A stretch of DNA of 64,000 nucleotides from Eledone cirrhosa (GCA_964016885.1 OZ024744.1:76198001-76262000), one strand, 5' to 3'. Shown: positions 26,979 through 40,091, counted from the stretch's first letter. The notes: generated by a model not told the origin, from the letters alone. Numbers and translations are program-made.

Positions 26979-27491
26979 TCTTCTCCCTCGGAGAATATAA
27001 AATTCCCGAGTTCAAATCACAAACTGACTCCATACAAAACCATTCCCAAATGAGAGCGGATGATGAAAGAAATAATTCTGTCTGGTGCCGTGTCGATTTT
27101 ATATGTTCTGGCTTGTAAATTTATTAACCCGCCATAGAACCACATTGGCATACGGTTGGATAATAATTGTTTCCCTATATGTATTTTTTACAAGTAGGAA
27201 TTCATACTTTATAATTATATATATATATATTTATTTATTTATTAAAATAACAGATTAAAGAATCGCTGCTTTCACTCTTAACGCCGAGGTTAACTTTGCC
27301 TTTCATCCTTACAGGGTCGATAAAATAAAGTACCAGTAATGCACTGGGTAATTGCTGGCCTTGTGCCAAAAGTAGAAACAATTATTTGGAGCGGTGAAAA
27401 CAATTACACGCAAAGACAAAACGACTTCATTTATACCATAAACTTGGTTTTTGTCTTTGCGTGTAATCAACAAACTATATAACTCATTGAT

Positions 27492-27575
<84 letters not shown>

Positions 27576-27576
<1 letters not shown>

Positions 27577-27660
27577 GTCTGACGAGCCACGGATTACAGA
27601 GTCGAGTCAGATCGATAAAGATCTAACTTTGATCTGATCAGTGGCGAAACGCGCGTCACC
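27576..27660 (+). ncRNA. Canonical type-I hammerhead ribozyme in a solo pLTR-like fragment between (TA)n tracts
   Basis: GGT-CTGACGA-GCCAC...GTGGC-GAAA-CGCGCG-TC-ACC, followed by AATAAA. Confidence 0.85.
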
Positions 27661-27763
27661 AACCAATAAACGTAATGAAGGAGTAACCAATCGCCCTTGT
27701 TATCCTATTTCACTATATATATATGTATATATATATATACACACATATATATATATATATACA

Positions 27764-27822
<59 letters not shown>

Positions 27823-27825
<3 letters not shown>

Positions 27826-28390
27826 AGTATGTATACGTACATACATATATGTATACAGACGTACAGTAGTATATATATATATACATACATGCACACATAT
27901 ATATATATGTACGTATGGATTCACCGAACATTTATTATAATGCTCGGTGTGTTTGTAAACAAACATCCCGAATTAACCCTATAGTGTCTAGCAACCATCG
28001 TTGCTCATTTGTTCAACACTGACAAAGGAACGCTGTACTAGTTTCAAGCTTATTAGCTATCGTCAGCAACGTATACCTTCCTGCCAGATGATTGAACGTC
28101 TGAAAGTATATACTGAAAGTATAGGAAGGTATACGTTGCTGACGATAGCTAATAAGCTTGAAACTAGTACAGCGTTCCTTTGACAGTGTTGAACAAAAGA
28201 TCACCGATGGTTGCTAGACATTGTACGGCTTAATTCGAGATGTTTGTTTACAAACACACCGAGCATTATAATAAATGTTCGGTGAATCCATACGTACATA
28301 TCTAATATATATGTGTGCATGTATGTATGTATATATATATATACTACTGTACGTCTGTATACATATATGTATGTACGTATCCATACTTAT
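27823..28390. repeat. ~570-bp fold-back palindrome with opposed hammerheads (28030-28072 -, 28133-28175 +)
   Basis: ~260-bp arms, ~40-bp loop; ACGTTG-CTGACGA-TAGCTAATAAGCTT-GAAA-CTAG-TA-CAGCGT. Confidence 0.88.
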
Positions 28391-28445
28391 ATTTAAGTAA
28401 CAGCCGTACTAAGAGTGAGAAATGGAATTTCGTTTCGTTTTTTCC

Positions 28446-28510
<65 letters not shown>

Positions 28511-28541
28511 ATATAGAAGTAGTAACACAATAGTTAGTTCA

Positions 28542-28591
28542 CCAGACCGAGAACAATTGTTTCACCTTAGCGGATCTTCAGTTCAGGCTGG
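28542..28591 (-). ncRNA. Minimal type-I hammerhead ribozyme
   Basis: Reverse complement reads CCAGCCTGAA-CTGAAGA-TCCGCTAAGGT-GAAA-CAATTG-TT-CTCGGTCTGG. Confidence 0.65.
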
Positions 28592-28592
28592 T

Positions 28593-28623
<31 letters not shown>

Positions 28624-28796
28624 TAGTAGGTGGAGTGTGCTCGCTAAGTACTAATCTCATACCTGTCAATGAAAGAAACATTTCAATACACTTCGCCATT
28701 AAAGTCTTTTATTATGTTATGTATGGAGTTGTTGAAACCATCTCAAGATTACAATTCCGTCCTGGGCGGTAACATCAAAGTGTGAAACTTAAGACA

Positions 28797-28986
28797 TGGG
28801 GGATTGGCCGTATCAGTAGAAGGTCGGACGCCATGCTTTGTAGCATAGAGTTACGCCCCTTTATGGTGTGAGTTCAAATCTCGCCGAGGTTCACTTTACC
28901 TTTCATCCTTACGGGGTCGATAAAATAAACTACCAGTAATGTACTGGGTTAATTGCTGGCCTTGTGCCTAAAGTAGAAACAATTAT
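28797..28986 (+). mobile_element. tRNA-derived SINE
   Basis: Same head, core and tail as 701-887. Confidence 0.88.
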
Positions 28987-29019
28987 AGTAAATAGTGTAA
29001 ACTAAGAGAGAAATTGTCT

Positions 29020-29289
29020 ACGTGTCTCTGTGTGTGGAGATGTGGGGATGTGTGTATGAGTATGTGTGCGTAATATGTGTGTGTCTGTGTGTGTCTGTGT
29101 GTGTCTGTGTGTGTCTGTGTGTGTGTCTGTGTATGTATGTATGTTTGTGTGTGTGTGTGTGTGTGAGTGTAGGTTTGTGTGTGTATGTTTGTATGTGTGT
29201 CATGTCTGTCCGTGCGTGTATGATTGTGTGTTTGTGTGTGTGTGTGTGTGTGTCTGTCTGTTTCTTTGTGAGTATGTTTGTGTGTGTAT

Positions 29290-29338
<49 letters not shown>

Positions 29339-30146
29339 TGTGTATCTGTATGTTTCTCTGTGTTTCTGTGTTTTTCTGCATGTCTGTGTCTGCGTGTGTG
29401 TGTGTATGTTTGTATGTGTGTGTATGATTGTGTATGTGTATGTGTCTGTCTGTATGTGTGAATGCTTGTGTGAATGTTTGTGTGTGTACGTGTGTTTGTG
29501 TGTGTTGTGTCTGTATGTTTCTCTGTGTTTGTGTGTCTGTCTACCTGTATGTTTGTATGCGTGTGTGTATGTCTGTCTGTGTGTGTATGCTTGTGCGTTT
29601 GTGTGTGTTTATTTATGTGTGTGTGTGTGTATGTGTGTATGTATGTGTGTTAGTGTCTGTGTGTGCATGTATGTGTGTGTTGTGTTTGTGTGTGTATGTA
29701 TGTGTGTGTTGTGTCTGTATGTTTCTCTGCGATTGTGTGTGTGTACGTGTGTATGTTTGTGTGTGTGTGTATGTTTGTATGCGTGCCTGTCTGTGTGCGT
29801 ATGATTGCGTATTCGTGTGTGTGTGTGTATGTATGTATGTGTGTGTCTGACTCTCTCCCTCTGTCTGTCTGTGAATGTGTGTGTGGGGGTTTTTGTGGTG
29901 AAGTTGTTTATTTGTTGTTACTATTTATTTACTTTTGTTTTATATTAATATGATGATTGTGTGAGTATATATATATGGGTATGTGGGTAAGTGAGTATGT
30001 GGGTATGTGAGTATGTGGGTATGTGGGTAGATGGGTATGTGTGTGTGTGTATGTGTGTATATGTGTATATGGGTATGTGTGTATGTGTGTATATGGTAAT
30101 GTAGGTGTGTTGGTATGTGGGTATGTGGTTATGTAAGTAATGTGAT

Positions 30147-30183
<37 letters not shown>

Positions 30184-30215
30184 ATGTGGGTATGTAGCTA
30201 TGTATGTGGGTATGT
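29020..30215. repeat. Degenerate (GT)n/(GTCT)n low-complexity repeat
   Basis: Direct inspection. Confidence 0.95.
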
Positions 30216-30219
30216 ATAT

Positions 30220-31193
30220 ATTTCTTGAGGGTCGTACTTGCAGAGTTCAGATCAATGGCAGTCTGTCATCGGGGGTGGGTGTAGGCAGTGGCGTTCCCCA
30301 GGGCCCTGTGTTGGGCCCAATTCTCTTCCTTCTATGCATCAACGACATGCCAGAAGTGATTGGTGGAAACGTGCTCCTTTGTGATTGGTGGAAACATGCA
30401 GATGATGTGAAAATGGTCGCCCGTAGGAGTGAGATCGACAATCTCAAGTCCAGCCTCCAGCGCGCCTGGAGTTGGGCTATTGACTGGGATTTATACCTCA
30501 ATATCGATAAGTGTTGCCATATGGCAGTGGGTACACCTTATAACTCAGCTCTTACCTTCAACGGTGGCACTGCTCCTTTGAAGGAAGTTGGGGAGTCTAA
30601 AGATCTTCGTCTGCTGGTCGACTTGTCCTTCAAACCATCAAAACCTTGCATTCAAGCCACAAACAAGGCAAGGAGCTCTCTTTTTCTTATTCGACGCTCC
30701 TTTGAAAAACTCACTCCAGAAATGTTCAGGCCTCTCTATGTCGCCCTCGTGAGACCGCACCTAGAATATGGCATCAAACCCATATCTCATCCGGCATATC
30801 CATCACTTGGAGAGAGTTCAACGACTAGCGACTCGAATGGTACATGGTCTTCATGAGCTTCCCTACGAAAGCCAGCTGCAGAAGCTGAACCTCTTCTCCT
30901 TGGAGCGTCGACGGCTACGAGGCGATCTCATTTTGGCTTACAATCTCTTCAATGGCCATTACGATCTCCCTCAAGATCTCCTATTCACTGCGGCACTTGA
31001 AAGGGGTCTACGTGGACATGACAAAAAGCTGTTTCACCGCCGCTTTCGCTTAAATAGACGGAAAGCTGCTTTCTCGATCCGAATTTCTGGACCCCGGAAT
31101 CGGCTTCCAGAAGAAGTAGTCAACGCGCCAACCACGCAACAATCCAAGGCGAAATTGGACTGGTGTTGGACCACTGCGTTTCCGACTGTGTAA
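30220..31193 (+). pseudogene. 5'-truncated CR1-group LINE (RT C-terminal half)
   Basis: GVPQGPVLGPILFLLCINDMP, ADD, VRPHLEY, LERVQRLATR, SLERRRLRGDLI. Confidence 0.88.
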
Positions 31194-31545
31194 ATTTTGC
31201 CCTCTTCCCTCCTTACATGGCATCTGTAGCATCTATGTTTTATTTTCTGCCAAATATATTGAATTGAATATTGAATTGAATGTGTGTATTTGGCTATGTG
31301 GGTATGTGTGCATGTGAGTGTATGTGGATGTGGGTATATGTGTATATGTGAGTATATGGATATGTATGTATATGGATATGTGTGTATGTGGCTATGCGGG
31401 TATGTGGGGGTGTATGCATGTGGGGTATATGGGTATATGGGTATATGTGTATGTGTGCATGTAGTTCTGTGCATAATGTGTTCGTTGGTTCGGAGAAGAT
31501 AACTCCGTTACTACATAAAGAAGTTGTTTGCGGAAATAAGATCAT

Positions 31546-31718
31546 AAATAAAACTAAATAAAACTAAATAAAAATAAATAAAAATAAATAAAAATAAATA
31601 AAACTAAATAAAACTAAACAAAGCTAAATAAAACTAAATAAAACTAAATAAAACTAAACAAAACTAAATAAAACTAAATAAAACTAAATAAAACTAAATA
31701 TAAAGCTAAACAAAACTA
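31546..31718. repeat. 10-bp minisatellite (AAACTAAATA)n
   Basis: About 17 tandem copies. Confidence 0.95.
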
Positions 31719-32068
31719 GGTTGTCATTCATTAGAATGTTATCCGTGTCGTTAGATAGAGGGAAAAGTGGTAATTAAAAAAACAAAACAAAAACAAACAA
31801 AACAACTCTTGTTTGTTTGAACTGTTATATCTATTAATAGAAATAGATAAAGATTTTTTGGTATGGGTTGGTTTGAACATATTAAGGTATTCATTAGGGA
31901 AACTGGGATGTTGGCTTGGTTAGGCGTAGGACCGGATTTAATGGGGGGGGGAGGTAATTGGCACGGGCCCCCTACAATGGGCTGGGGTGGGGGGCGCTAC
32001 TTGCGACGGCCGTAGCAATTTAAGGTATTCATTAGAGAGAGTGGGATGGATGTTGGCTAGGTGCAAGA

Positions 32069-32402
32069 CAGGACCGGATTTAATGGGGGGGGGGGGGTAA
32101 AGGAGGAGATAGGCATCGGCCCCTTCCAATGGGCGACACTACTTGCGACGGCCGTAGCAATTTATTTGTGCCCTCAGCTGGACTTTTTAGTTTTAGGATG
32201 GTTAGAATTTTTTAATTTAATACCTGTATGTATAACTTTTCAATTCCAATTACTTGTGCCAAGCTCACTTTGATATGTAAAATTGAGTGGGGCTGGGGTT
32301 TGCTGTGTATTCTTCTATTTTTTTTTTTTTTTTTTGTGTATGCGGGGCTCGCTCCCTAACCTGAAGTGCCCACGTGCTCCCCAAGGTCTAAATCCAACCC
32401 TG
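32069..32402. mobile_element. Putative hAT-like MITE; its left end is locally duplicated at 31880-32020
   Basis: Imperfect TIRs CAGGACCGGATTTA ... TAAATCCAACCCTG; no clear TSD. Confidence 0.45.
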
Positions 32403-32579
32403 GCTAGATAGGTGTCAGTATATTTAGGAGATAGTGGTGGTGGACAAAGAGAATTAATAAACGATTAAGTGGTCTGTATCTGTGTCTAAGCTAAGCATTC
32501 TTACGTGTTGTTCGTTGGGGCTGTGTTTGAGATTGTAAGAAATAGGAAAAGAGAAAATTATCTCATTATCTCTTATAAG

Positions 32580-32764
32580 GGGCGGTTGATTGGCAATATC
32601 GGTAGAGGGCCGGACGTCATGCTTTCCAACATAGTTACGTCCCTTTACGATCTGAGTTCAAATCCCGCCGAGGTTGAATTTGCCTTTCATCCTTACGGGG
32701 TCGATAAAATAAAGTACCAGTAATGCACTGGGTAATTGCTGGCCTTGTGCCTAAAGTAGAAACA
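32580..32764 (+). mobile_element. tRNA-derived SINE with 15-bp TSD
   Basis: Full SINE; TSD ATTATCTCTTATAAG at 32565-32579 and 32765-32779. Confidence 0.92.
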
Positions 32765-33032
32765 ATTATCTCTTATAAGTTGTCTTGTCTATCGGTGTAG
32801 ATTTTTATTTATTTTTTTTTGTTGTTATTTTATTTTCATGAAGATAGATTTCATTCAGTTATCCACTGGGATACTATTAATTCTAAGATGGAAAAATATC
32901 TGTGTTACACTTAACAGCCATCTCCGATAATCTAGGAGAAATCCGAAAATAGAACATGTCATGGGAAGTTTAGTTACGCATCGACAGCTAAATGAAATTG
33001 CTTTGAAGAATATAGTAACCCTCTCGCCCCTG

Positions 33033-33064
<32 letters not shown>

Positions 33065-33069
33065 CTTTA

Positions 33070-33127
<58 letters not shown>

Positions 33128-33157
33128 TATACATATTTATATATATATAGATATACA

Positions 33158-33273
<116 letters not shown>

Positions 33274-33279
33274 CATATT

Positions 33280-33315
<36 letters not shown>

Positions 33316-33411
33316 CATACATATATATATATATATATATGTATGCATATATACATACATATATATGTGTGTGTGTGTAGGTATACTTATATATGTATAT
33401 ATATATGTATG

Positions 33412-33451
<40 letters not shown>

Positions 33452-33760
33452 CATACATATATATATACATATATAAGTATACCTACACACACACACATAT
33501 ATATGTATGTATATATATATATGTGTATATATACATATATCTATATATATATTTAAATAGATATATATAGATCGCTTTTTCTATCTTTCTTTCTAGATAA
33601 AAAGAGGGAGATAGAAAGATGGATACAGAGGGAGAGCGATATATACCGTATATATATATGCGTGTTTGTGAGTGTGTCGCGCTCTCTCTCTCTCCCTCTC
33701 TCTCTCTCTCTATCTATCTATCAATCTCTTTTCCTCTATCTCACCGCCTTACTCGCAGTC

Positions 33761-33843
<83 letters not shown>

Positions 33844-33877
33844 CAATCTCTTTTCCTCTATCTCACCGCCTTACTCG

Positions 33878-33953
<76 letters not shown>

Positions 33954-34146
33954 TACACATTCAAATTCAAGAGCCAGCGATGCAGTCAATACCTGTGTGA
34001 TCGCTAAACTTACTAGAAATTCTGTCAAATTTTGATTCCATGAGAGATTCTGAACAGTAGCGTCATTTAGTTCGATATCCTGACAGGACGGCATGTTTTG
34101 TTATTTTTAATGTATATTGTGTCTCCTTTTGTGGGATGCGGGGAGG

Positions 34147-34346
34147 NNNNNNNNNNNNNNNNNNNNNNNNNNNNNNNNNNNNNNNNNNNNNNNNNNNNNN
34201 NNNNNNNNNNNNNNNNNNNNNNNNNNNNNNNNNNNNNNNNNNNNNNNNNNNNNNNNNNNNNNNNNNNNNNNNNNNNNNNNNNNNNNNNNNNNNNNNNNNN
34301 NNNNNNNNNNNNNNNNNNNNNNNNNNNNNNNNNNNNNNNNNNNNNN
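34147..34346. other. Assembly gap (200 N)
   Basis: Run of N. Confidence 1.
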
Positions 34347-34462
34347 AAATGAAAGGCAAAGCTAAACTCGGCGGAATTTGAATTCAGAACATAAAGGGCC
34401 GTAACGCTAAGCAGCGAATCACGGTGTCTGGAGCTCCACCGAAACCGTCAATCCACTGCCTT
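34347..34462 (-). mobile_element. Diverged tRNA-SINE, cut by the gap
   Basis: ATGAAAGGCAAAG...GGCGGAATTTGAATTCAG is the reverse complement of the SINE head/core. Confidence 0.7.
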
Positions 34463-34701
34463 CTACCTACCATTAATAATGAAGTCCTTGATACAATACG
34501 TTTGAAATGTGAAAGAGAGGTCAGCTAGTTTGAAGTTATGAACTGTTGGAAAAGAATTAAAACATGTTAGGACGAGTTATCTCGTGTACGGCACTGAAGA
34601 GGTTAAAGAACTGCTATACATTGGTGACTGACTGGGTGCTAAACAATAACAAACAAAGCCACACATATCAACAACAGAACCTTAACATTGATTACTCAAC
34701 C

Positions 34702-34894
34702 TCAGAGTTGCCAACTTCTAACAACCCAAACGGGGAGTACCATGAAAATATGGGCCCCAAAACGGGAGAAATGAGGCAAAATGGGCAGATTTTACATAAT
34801 GAAAGCTATACCCATCTTCACAAAATAAGACATCTCTCAACCACTCCAAAGTGAGTGGGAGATCTCCCCTTCGGATGGGAGAGTTGACAGGTCT
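34702..34894. mobile_element. MITE (hAT-like TIRs); second copy inverted at ~41095-41278, 47-bp mini version at ~40888-40935
   Basis: TIRs CAGAGTTGCCAACT / AGTTGACAGGTCTG; internal homology between the two long copies. Confidence 0.7.
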
Positions 34895-35199
34895 GCAACC
34901 TGGTAGATATAGTAGCAAAAATCACCCTCGTTCTTTACTGTACTCACTTTAAAACGGAGAAAGGTATCGACCAACGCACTCTCTAGACAATTATATTTAT
35001 AATACAATTGTCTATAGAATTAATATATCATGTAAATACAATTTAATGGAAAAAGAAAAAAAAATTGAGAAGAAAGAATGGAATATAAAATAAGAAAATA
35101 TTTTTTAAAAAGGACAAGAAAGGGAAGGAAAAGGCAAGGGCTCTAGTGCCACAGAAGAGTGGGGAAGGGGTAGGTGATGGGCTCTGGGACTAGGGCTCA

Positions 35200-35432
35200 G
35201 CGGTAATGGAGCTGTGCCCTGCAGACAAGACCTCAAAAGCATTCCTATGGACAAAAGCCAGTGACACCCGCTGCAACAGCCACCCCACCTCACAGGGCTC
35301 CTTCCTCAGTCGGCCACCGTCGTTCCGATCTTGCGGAGGGGCTCGGCTGTACGGCTCGGCTGTTACGGGATCCATGTACGTCTGAAGTGTCGACGGCGAC
35401 CAGTGCGAAAAGGAAGCGGCCCGATATTTTAT
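35200..35432 (-). pseudogene. 3' remnant of a CRE-clade (RLE) non-LTR retrotransposon
   Basis: KYR..RFLFALVAVDTS ... KEPCEVGWLLQRVSLAFVHRNAFEVL resembles the CRE endonuclease C-terminus (F.P.AVET...L.QR.S.A..RGNA). Confidence 0.6.
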
Positions 35433-36518
35433 TAGAAATAGCTATCCTTAATCGAAGAGATGCAGTGGGATGTCAGTCATCACTAGAAATGAAAAACGCG
35501 AACAAAGATGAATGAAGCTGAACTGTGACAGATACAAAAATAAAAATAAAATTTGTCTTGTTTTGTCAAACGTACCCCATATTCTGCATATCTAAAAATT
35601 CTTATAATCGAACATACTGAGGAACAATAAAAACGAATGTTGCTCAGTTATATTGGATTTTAAAGATTCTATTGAAATTTGAAAACTCTGATCACTGAGT
35701 TGTTAACCATGTTCTCCATAGACCCCCCCCCCCCCCACTAAAAATGTTTACTGTAAGATTCAGTCTGTTTATGGCTTGCCATAAGGTGGCAAATTAACAG
35801 AGTCATTTTAACGTTGGATAGAATACTTTGCAGTATTCGTTTTGACTCTCTGCTCTCTGAGTTCAAATCCCTCCGAGGTCAACTTTATCTTTCATCCATT
35901 TCAGGCCGATAAAAGAAGTACCAGTCTAGTCCTGGGGGTCGATTCTTCCTCTCTATCTCTTTCTCATTTCCAATCTCTCACTTTCCATCCTTCTCTAGAT
36001 GATATCTGCTATATACAGACCAGGTGAAGATTGGGCTCCGTCAGGTTTTAAAATGACCTACAAATACCGTATATCAATACGGCGCCCTTACGACTCTCTC
36101 GGGAGTTATGGAACCATGCAGAGCTTGTCATACAATGTGGGGTGTCAAGATTGATTAATTTAATTATGTGAAAATATTACAACTTTTGTAGACACTAGAC
36201 ACTCTAGAATTTGTCTCTCGGCCAACCAAAATAGCAGCTTTTCTGATTCAGTGAACTTTCATTTTCAGCATCTGAAATATGATAAAACCATCTGTAAATG
36301 TTCCTTGTTTTTATCATCTTCAACCTCTCTTCTTCCACGGTGACCGCTAATATGGCTTCTGTGGAAGAAGATCTAACGGAGATTTGTGGTTATATGCTAC
36401 TTATTAATGGTCCCTTGCTTTTTTTTTGCTTTTTGAGTTTCAGAAAACAATCTGTGACGTTGAACTTGACACCAACAATCTGATGGCTGCAACTCAATTT
36501 CGAGCAATATTATCGCTT

Positions 36519-36693
36519 TTGGCAGTATCGATAGAGGGTCGGACGCCATGCTTTCCAGCATAGTTACGTCCCTTTACGATCTGAGTTCAAATCCCGCCGA
36601 GGTTGACTTTGCCTTTCATCCTTACGGGGTCGATAAAATAAAGTACCAGTAATGAACTGGGTAATTGCTGGCCTTGTGCCTAAAGTAGACACA
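36519..36693 (+). mobile_element. tRNA-derived SINE with 13-bp TSD
   Basis: TSD AATATTATCGCTT at 36506-36518 and 36694-36706. A more diverged copy lies at ~35785-35945. Confidence 0.9.
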
Positions 36694-36989
36694 AATATTA
36701 TCGCTTGACACTCTTCTTATGTATTAGCAGCACAGACATGGCTTTTTAGTCCCGCTAAGGACATCCACACTTTGATGGCAGCCTCTCGCATTAGGTGAAC
36801 TGGTACTGCTTTAGTGCTCTTTAATATGACGTTTCAGTTCACTAACTGTGGCACATACTTTTCCCCACTCCCTACAATCAGAAATGCCTTACAATACATA
36901 ATTGAAAAGGTCCTTGTGCATGTGGCTTCTTAGATAACTTCTAAGTCTTGCCTTACTTAGATAAAATCAGTCCCATTCTTTACACGTTA

Positions 36990-37875
36990 AATCGATCTGC
37001 ATGTCAAGATATTCAGGCAAACTGACCACAAGGAAATTACGAGCACACCGCTTGAGTTGTTCATGCTCAACACGGTTTCTTTCAAATTCTCCCCTCCCAT
37101 CATGCACTGCCTTCCTCCAGGAAGTGTATTTAGAGCGAGGTTCTCCCAGTCATTCTCCCATATTTTCATCTTCTCCAATATACCTTTAATGCAATCCCTG
37201 TACCACAAATTTCGGTTTGTACACTGATCGTTTACTTTTAAATAGTTCACTGCCTAGGCATGCGATCATCATCTATTCTTACCACATGACTACTCCATCT
37301 TAATCGTTGCTGAAATATGTGAGACTCTATATTGGAAGACTGGCTGTATTTGAGGACTTCAGTCCCCTTCACGTACATTTTCCAATGGATGTTCTGTATA
37401 TGTCGAAGACACTGTTGGTGTAAGTACTTCAACCCTTTGAGATGCCTACGGTAAGTGTCCCAAGTCTCTGATTCATACAACAAAGACGAGAGATCACAGG
37501 CATTATACACTTTTAACTTTATTGCAATGGAACTAATGTTCTGAAACATAAGAGTCCATCCAATTTTTCATATGCATCACTAGGCTTCTTGATTCGGAGA
37601 GAGATTTCATCATCCAGCTTATTGATTATACTGCCCAGATACACAAACTTATCCATAACTTTCAATCTCTGGCCAAACTCAAATATGCTTGGCGTAGTGT
37701 AAGCATTCCTTGGTGCAGGTTGATACACCCCAACGGTCTTTTGTCAAACTGATTGATAGGGTCAGTGCGCTACATGCTCTCGAGAAAGAGGCCATGAAAT
37801 GTTGCTTGTCATTCCCGGTGTGAGTAACAGGATCCCAATCGTCAGCATACAGGAATTCACATGTTAATGATGTAT
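36990..37875 (-). pseudogene. RTE-clade LINE RT C-terminal fragment
   Basis: FLYADD, DKFVYLGSII, KLKVYNAC.LSSLLYESETW, RLRWSSHVVRIDDDRMPRQ; frameshifted. Confidence 0.85.
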
Positions 37876-39297
37876 AACTTCCTTCCGGCATCGATAAAAT
37901 AAAGTACCAGTCAAGTACTGGGCAGATTCAATCGACTTATTGATCTTCTTAAAATGTTAGTCTTGTGCCTCACTTCTAAATCATTAGCCTTAAATCATAA
38001 ATCAGGTTAGCCTTAATCCAGCAAACTATTGCGATTATCCTGTCTTTTATTCAGATATATTTAATCTACTGTAGGAACGACCACAATTATCTAATACATT
38101 ATCTTCTTTTAAAAATAGTAGGAGGGTGTTATTTGAGGAAAATTTGGCTGTTATTTTTAGTAATTTGTGTAAATGCATAAAGACACGCTCAGTGGCTTGT
38201 ATTGTAAATCGTTTGTCTAGTGTTGTATATTTCCTAACAGTTAAGAGAGTACAGCCGTAATCCTATATAAGATATGTTTGAAAATATTTTCTTGCTGTTA
38301 GGTAAATGCATTTTAAAGCCAATATTTAGATTATGTTTCGGCTAAGTTATGCAAAAGATAGTTAGTATATTAATTACGTTGGAGAGACTGGAATGGAATT
38401 TTAAATGAAATATCATTTTTTTCTTTTTAAATTCTCAATATAAATTAATCATACCCACTGCGTTTCACTAAGAATGAACACGCGTATTTGAACACGTGTG
38501 TGTATGTGTGTGTGAATATATATATTTATATAGAATGTCCCCAAGAAATACATACACATATTTATTAGAATGCTGTATAATATAAGTGGGTATATACTTT
38601 TTTGGACACCCTGTATATATATATATGTAAAAAGTAAACAGAAATAACAACACAATCGGTACAGTATATGGAAGGGATATATACACATACACACACACAC
38701 AAACACACACTCACATATATATGTATACGCACACACACATATATGTATACACACACACACACATACACATATATACATTTTTCGATCGAATTTCGTCAAA
38801 TCGGACCGAGGAAATAATGTTTCCGCTGGACTTTCCAATTGAGAAAACTATCTATCGGTCGTAACTATAGGTATAACGAGCAATATATATATATATATAT
38901 ATTGTCTGTGCGAGAGAGAAAGAGAGAGCAAAATTGCTTGAAATATATAGCAATATGGCAGTTCAATAACAAGAAAGACCAAACAAGAATCTCGATTGCT
39001 ATGGCCATTACTTGAGAAAATAAATAGGTCTGTTTGTTTCTGGCGGCAGGTGCGCCAAATCTACATAGATACCGACCCGACGCTGGTTCGGAATACTCTT
39101 TACACTCGTGGGATAGCTGTTGATAAACGTATGTAATATACATCCGGACATAAAGGTTTTGTGCAATCGATCTTATAGCACCCAGCTGTACTCATCCGGT
39201 TTGATGTATACAGTTTAGTTCAGTTTACTGTCAGGTCCGTCTTAACATGAACATTTTAGTTTTAGCTTCAGATGTAATCCTGTTTACCGTATATATC

Positions 39298-39349
<52 letters not shown>

Positions 39350-39464
39350 TTTTATATTATATTTTGATCTTATATTATTATTTATACCCCAGTCCTACAA
39401 ACTGTAGAGTGCTACTTATCCGATATTTGCATTGCTTTATTGTGCTACAATAAAACTCACCTCT

Positions 39465-39526
<62 letters not shown>

Positions 39527-39857
39527 TATTTATAGAGAGAGAGATTGATAGATAGATAAAAAAAATAGATAGATAGATAGATGTGTGTGTGAGTTTGTAT
39601 GTATGAATATATGTGAGTGTGTGCGTATGTTAGTGAATGTGCGTGGTGTGAGTGGGAGTGTGTATGTGTTTTGCATATAAGTGAATATCTTCTTACAAAT
39701 AAATGAGGAGAAATATAATTGTTTCTAGGTTTTTTTTAACTTTTTCGTATATTCTAAGTGTATTGTGTAAAATTTCTTGATAGTTTTTACGAGTATATCT
39801 AATAGTTGTGGTTTTATCTACGCTTTTATTTTCACAGTAATTTCACTCGCAATACAG

Positions 39858-40091
39858 GAAGATAAGCAAATACCGAGACTTGTCTGTCCGTTTCCTCTTT
39901 GCACCAGTCACCGCCGAGAGCTCATGCGTCCTCGAAACTTATACAGCTAACCACCTCGGGGAAATCGAATCGAAATGACAGCAACCTCTCTGAAGAAGGA
40001 ACCTCGCGAGGAGTGTTGGCTGTTGCAACGGGTGTCGTTGGTCATTGTCCGCGGCAATGCCTTTGTCATTTTGTCCGCTGGGTGCAGCTGA
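39858..40091 (+). pseudogene. Second CRE-clade RLE 3' remnant
   Basis: KYRDLSVRFLFAPVTAESSCVL ... KEPREECWLLQRVSLVIVRGNAFVIL (frameshifted); homologous to 35200-35432. Confidence 0.65.

Noticed and set aside
33700-33935. Tandem ~125-bp duplication within (CT)n
   Set aside because: Simple slippage or assembly artefact close to the gap; no functional signal.
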